Shown: piece by piece, positions 61,119 through 64,000 of the stretch | How the letters are laid out: each line of letters begins with the position of its first letter | How positions within the stretch are numbered: position 1 is the first letter of the stretch | From: Lama glama | Lineage: Eukaryota | Length of the DNA: 64,000 nucleotides | NCBI GenBank assembly: GCA_028534125.1 | Contig: CM052817.1 | Coordinates: 64,234,001-64,298,000, forward strand | Direction: 5' to 3' | Made by a program: the position numbers and the translations under genes | Notes under the pieces: model-generated | Database searches by the model: none | What the model saw: only the letters and a program-made list of their open reading frames with translations | Told to the model about the DNA's origin: nothing

Positions 61119-63484
61119 TAAAATTCAAGTGGAAACAGCAAGATAGCAGGTAGGAGAGGTTTAGAAAGGAGGTCAGCCAGCTCTACAGTTAAAATCTGAG
61201 GCTCAGCAGCCTGGAGCATGTCCAAGACTCCTCAAGAGGAAGCACAGAATGGAGAAAAAGAAAAGCGTGGTCTGATCTTTTAGGCGATTCAGATGAAAGG
61301 TGGGATTGAGGAAAATGGAGTCTGAAGAAAGGAACAAAATAAACAGGATGTCACAAAATTATAAAATTGGTCGATTAAGAAAGAGGAAGGAGACAAAAGA
61401 TTAAAAAAAAAAGCCAAACAACAGGAAAAAAAACAAAGAAAACAGAAAAAACTGTAACAAGAAACAAAAGATGTGAAAAGGGTCTAAATTCTGATACTTT
61501 AACAAAGAATCAGATATGCACCATTTTACTTTTCCTCCATTTTTCCCTTTATTTTCTTTCCTTTTTTTTTGGAAGGGAGAGAGGAACTCATTTTAGTTCC
61601 CTCACTTTTAATGTTGTGAGAGGTTAAACTACTTGATCTTTTATCCGAACTGATGAATAAACGTTTTTCAGTCTGGACATCAAACCTATTTAACTTAAAA
61701 CAGAGCTCCCGTAAGGGAGCCGCGTGAAAAGAGTCTGGTAATGTACTTAACAAGTTCCTATTGTTTCATCAAAGCGTCTGAGAGCCAGGGAAGACGGTCA
61801 CACGCCACTTCAAAGTAAGAAATCCACAGCGATTAAAGCAGGAGGAAAATCGTTCCCTTGCACACCCTCCCGGCCGACAAGTAGGTATTTAATTACAGAG
61901 GCAAATCAAAAGATGAGACTCCTAAGAATAAACCTGTAATGACATCTTCTGTCCCATTTCAAAATTATAGTTTAGATTATTTTGTTCCTCAAAAGCCATA
62001 TCCAGAGATTTACATATTAATCAAGGGTGCAGCTAAAACTACATTACAAGGAATTGAATTTTAACTTTGCAACTGTATGAACAAAGGACTCTTGGGGTTA
62101 AATAAACATTGCCTTTAGAAACATTGCACAGGAACCAATCTCCGCTCAGGCTGTGGTCCTTTTTAGATACAGACCTGTGTCCTTGGTTAGTCTATTCCTT
62201 TAGTGACCCGCAACACTAATAAAAATCGGGAAATGTAAAATTGCATTACACTGACTTATTTTATTTGAATAAAATATGCAATCCCATATTCACTCCGTAT
62301 TCATACCCTTTGCAACAGATAATATTATCGACTGATAGAAGGGGTGTCCTCCCAGAGTAAATTTGGAAATTAGCTGTTTAAGGCAAGTCCATGCCAGGCA
62401 AAAACCCGATTGACATTTGGACCTAAAAGATATTTTCTTTTGCTTTACATGAAAACTAGGAAATTGGTTCCAGTTACATTAGAAAACTGAATCACACTGG
62501 GAAAAGTAATAAAAATCATTGCGAGCATTAGCCACAGTCAGCCACACAGGCTGGTATTTGTGCCTGGTACTTGACATATGTTATTCCAAAGGTATTATTA
62601 TCCCCATTTTACGGACAAAGGGCCAGAAGTGCCGAAGCTCCCAATCTTGCCTCTGGTGACACAGAATTGAAATGTACTTTATTTTTTTTTTTAAACCACA
62701 CTACTACAATTGCCTCCACCAGACTAAGCCTTCAGAGACCTGATATGGGAATTTTTAGAATGTTATTGCTAAGTACAGTTGCAACTGCTGCATGATGATG
62801 AGAAAAGAAAGTCAGAAATGAAAGATGGTGATCTCCCAGCGGAAAATATACTTAATACTCAGTTAATAAGTAACATGTTATTACTAAGAGTTCTACAAGA
62901 AGTTATTTGATTTAGTTTTGTTAGTGGTGTTGGGGAGGTATGAGAATTTTAGATATGGGGAGTCATTTTCATGTTGTTTCAGACACGGGAAGTAATAAAA
63001 CAGCCAAGGTGTTCCAAAACACCGTTTCCCCACAGTTCATAAGAAAAAGTCCTCCCAGTGCTCCTGGTTCAGAGACCCAGTTTGATGATGACACTTAGAT
63101 TATAAGAGCAGTAACCACTGCTTATCAGTACTTCACACAGTAGAGCCACAACCATTAACGTATCCATTAATTCTCACCACACGTCCCTGAAGCAAGTATG
63201 AGCATCCCCCTTTTACAGAGGGAAAAACCCCAATGTTACAGAAGTGATGGCAACCGACTTCCAAGAGAGTGTTAGTCATAAATACAAAGGATAAACACTA
63301 CACTAAGACTTTAAATTCCTCGTATATATCAGAGACATGGATGAGCTTAATTTTAGACACAATAACTATGTTCATCCCAAAATAATCATTGAAAATCTGT
63401 AGTATTCCAGAAGGGAAAATATGATTTGAAAGCACTGAAACATACTAATAATGATAACAATAATCGCAGGGGGTGGAGGAGAAA

Positions 63485-63700
63485 TACTAATAACTGTTGA
63501 ACGTGTGCAACGTGCCAGACCTGTTCTAAGCACCTGCTGGGCATTAACTGCCGCCCCTCACAATGAGCTTGTGAGGCAGGTGCTACTACTCTCCTGAGAG
63601 GAAACGGCAGCATGGGAGTAAATCCAGAGTCACCTTGAGAGTTCAGAGCAGGATTTGGAACTAGTCCGGTTCCAAAGTCCATGCTCTTGGCCACAACATT
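63485..63700 (-). mobile_element. MIR SINE
   Basis: gtgccagacctgttctaagcac...cctcacaatgagcttgtgaggcaggtgctact...gaggaaac...cagagcaggatttggaact...ccaaagtccatgctct. Confidence 0.8.
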
Positions 63701-64000
63701 ATACAGTTAAACAAGGCACAACTTGTTTTCACGTTCAACCCAGGATTACCTACGCAAGACTGAATTTACTTCACCAAGGAGAGGAAACAAAAATCCCTAA
63801 TGCTTTGCACTGAACCGTGTTCCACTGCTCCCTCTGTCACGGGTCCCTTGGACCTCTGGTACAATAAAATGCCAAGCCATATCTGGTCCATTCCGGCTCT
63901 AAAACACTCATTCATATCTCAAATACTCATTCACATCTTTAATGGCTTCATCCAACCTACTACTCCCCGAATCCAATTTTCTCTTGAATACATTTAATAG

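Larger units (their letters stand above)
3245..64000 (-). other. TSPAN5: TSPAN5 intron 1 (partial; exon 1 lies beyond the right end of the window)
   Basis: Acceptor AG at 3246-3245. Exon 1 peptide (MSGKHYKGPEVSCC...) not seen in the window; TSPAN5 is recalled to have a very long first intron. Confidence 0.8.

Noticed and set aside
1..64000. Novel multi-gene or prokaryote-type system
   Set aside because: Repeat-rich mammalian intron with a single recognisable coding exon; no operon, array or unexplained long ORF.

Overview
Mammalian genomic DNA, very probably a camelid (camel/alpaca), judging by five vic-1-type tRNA-Ala-derived SINEs. The only protein-coding sequence I can support is one 51-nt minus-strand exon (3194-3244) encoding FLGIAFLGIGLWAWNEK, recognisable as exon 2 of tetraspanin 5 (TSPAN5). 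The supplied ORF track misses this reading frame. Positions 3245-64000 are inferred to be TSPAN5 intron 1 and 1-3193 the start of intron 2. The rest is ordinary intronic sequence rich in repeats (camelid SINEs, L1 3' ends, L2, MIR, MLT1 LTRs, hAT/Tigger fossils), plus a compound microsatellite and a 500-N assembly gap. I found no convincing novel multi-gene system. The best leads are sense-strand cryptic exons (one could give an alternative in-frame N-terminus), a promoter/enhancer-like motif cluster beside a CpG-rich patch at about 46-47.7 kb, a fossil Tigger transposase domain and some small mutational signatures. Repeat families were recognised by eye from memory; old-repeat boundaries and subfamilies are approximate.
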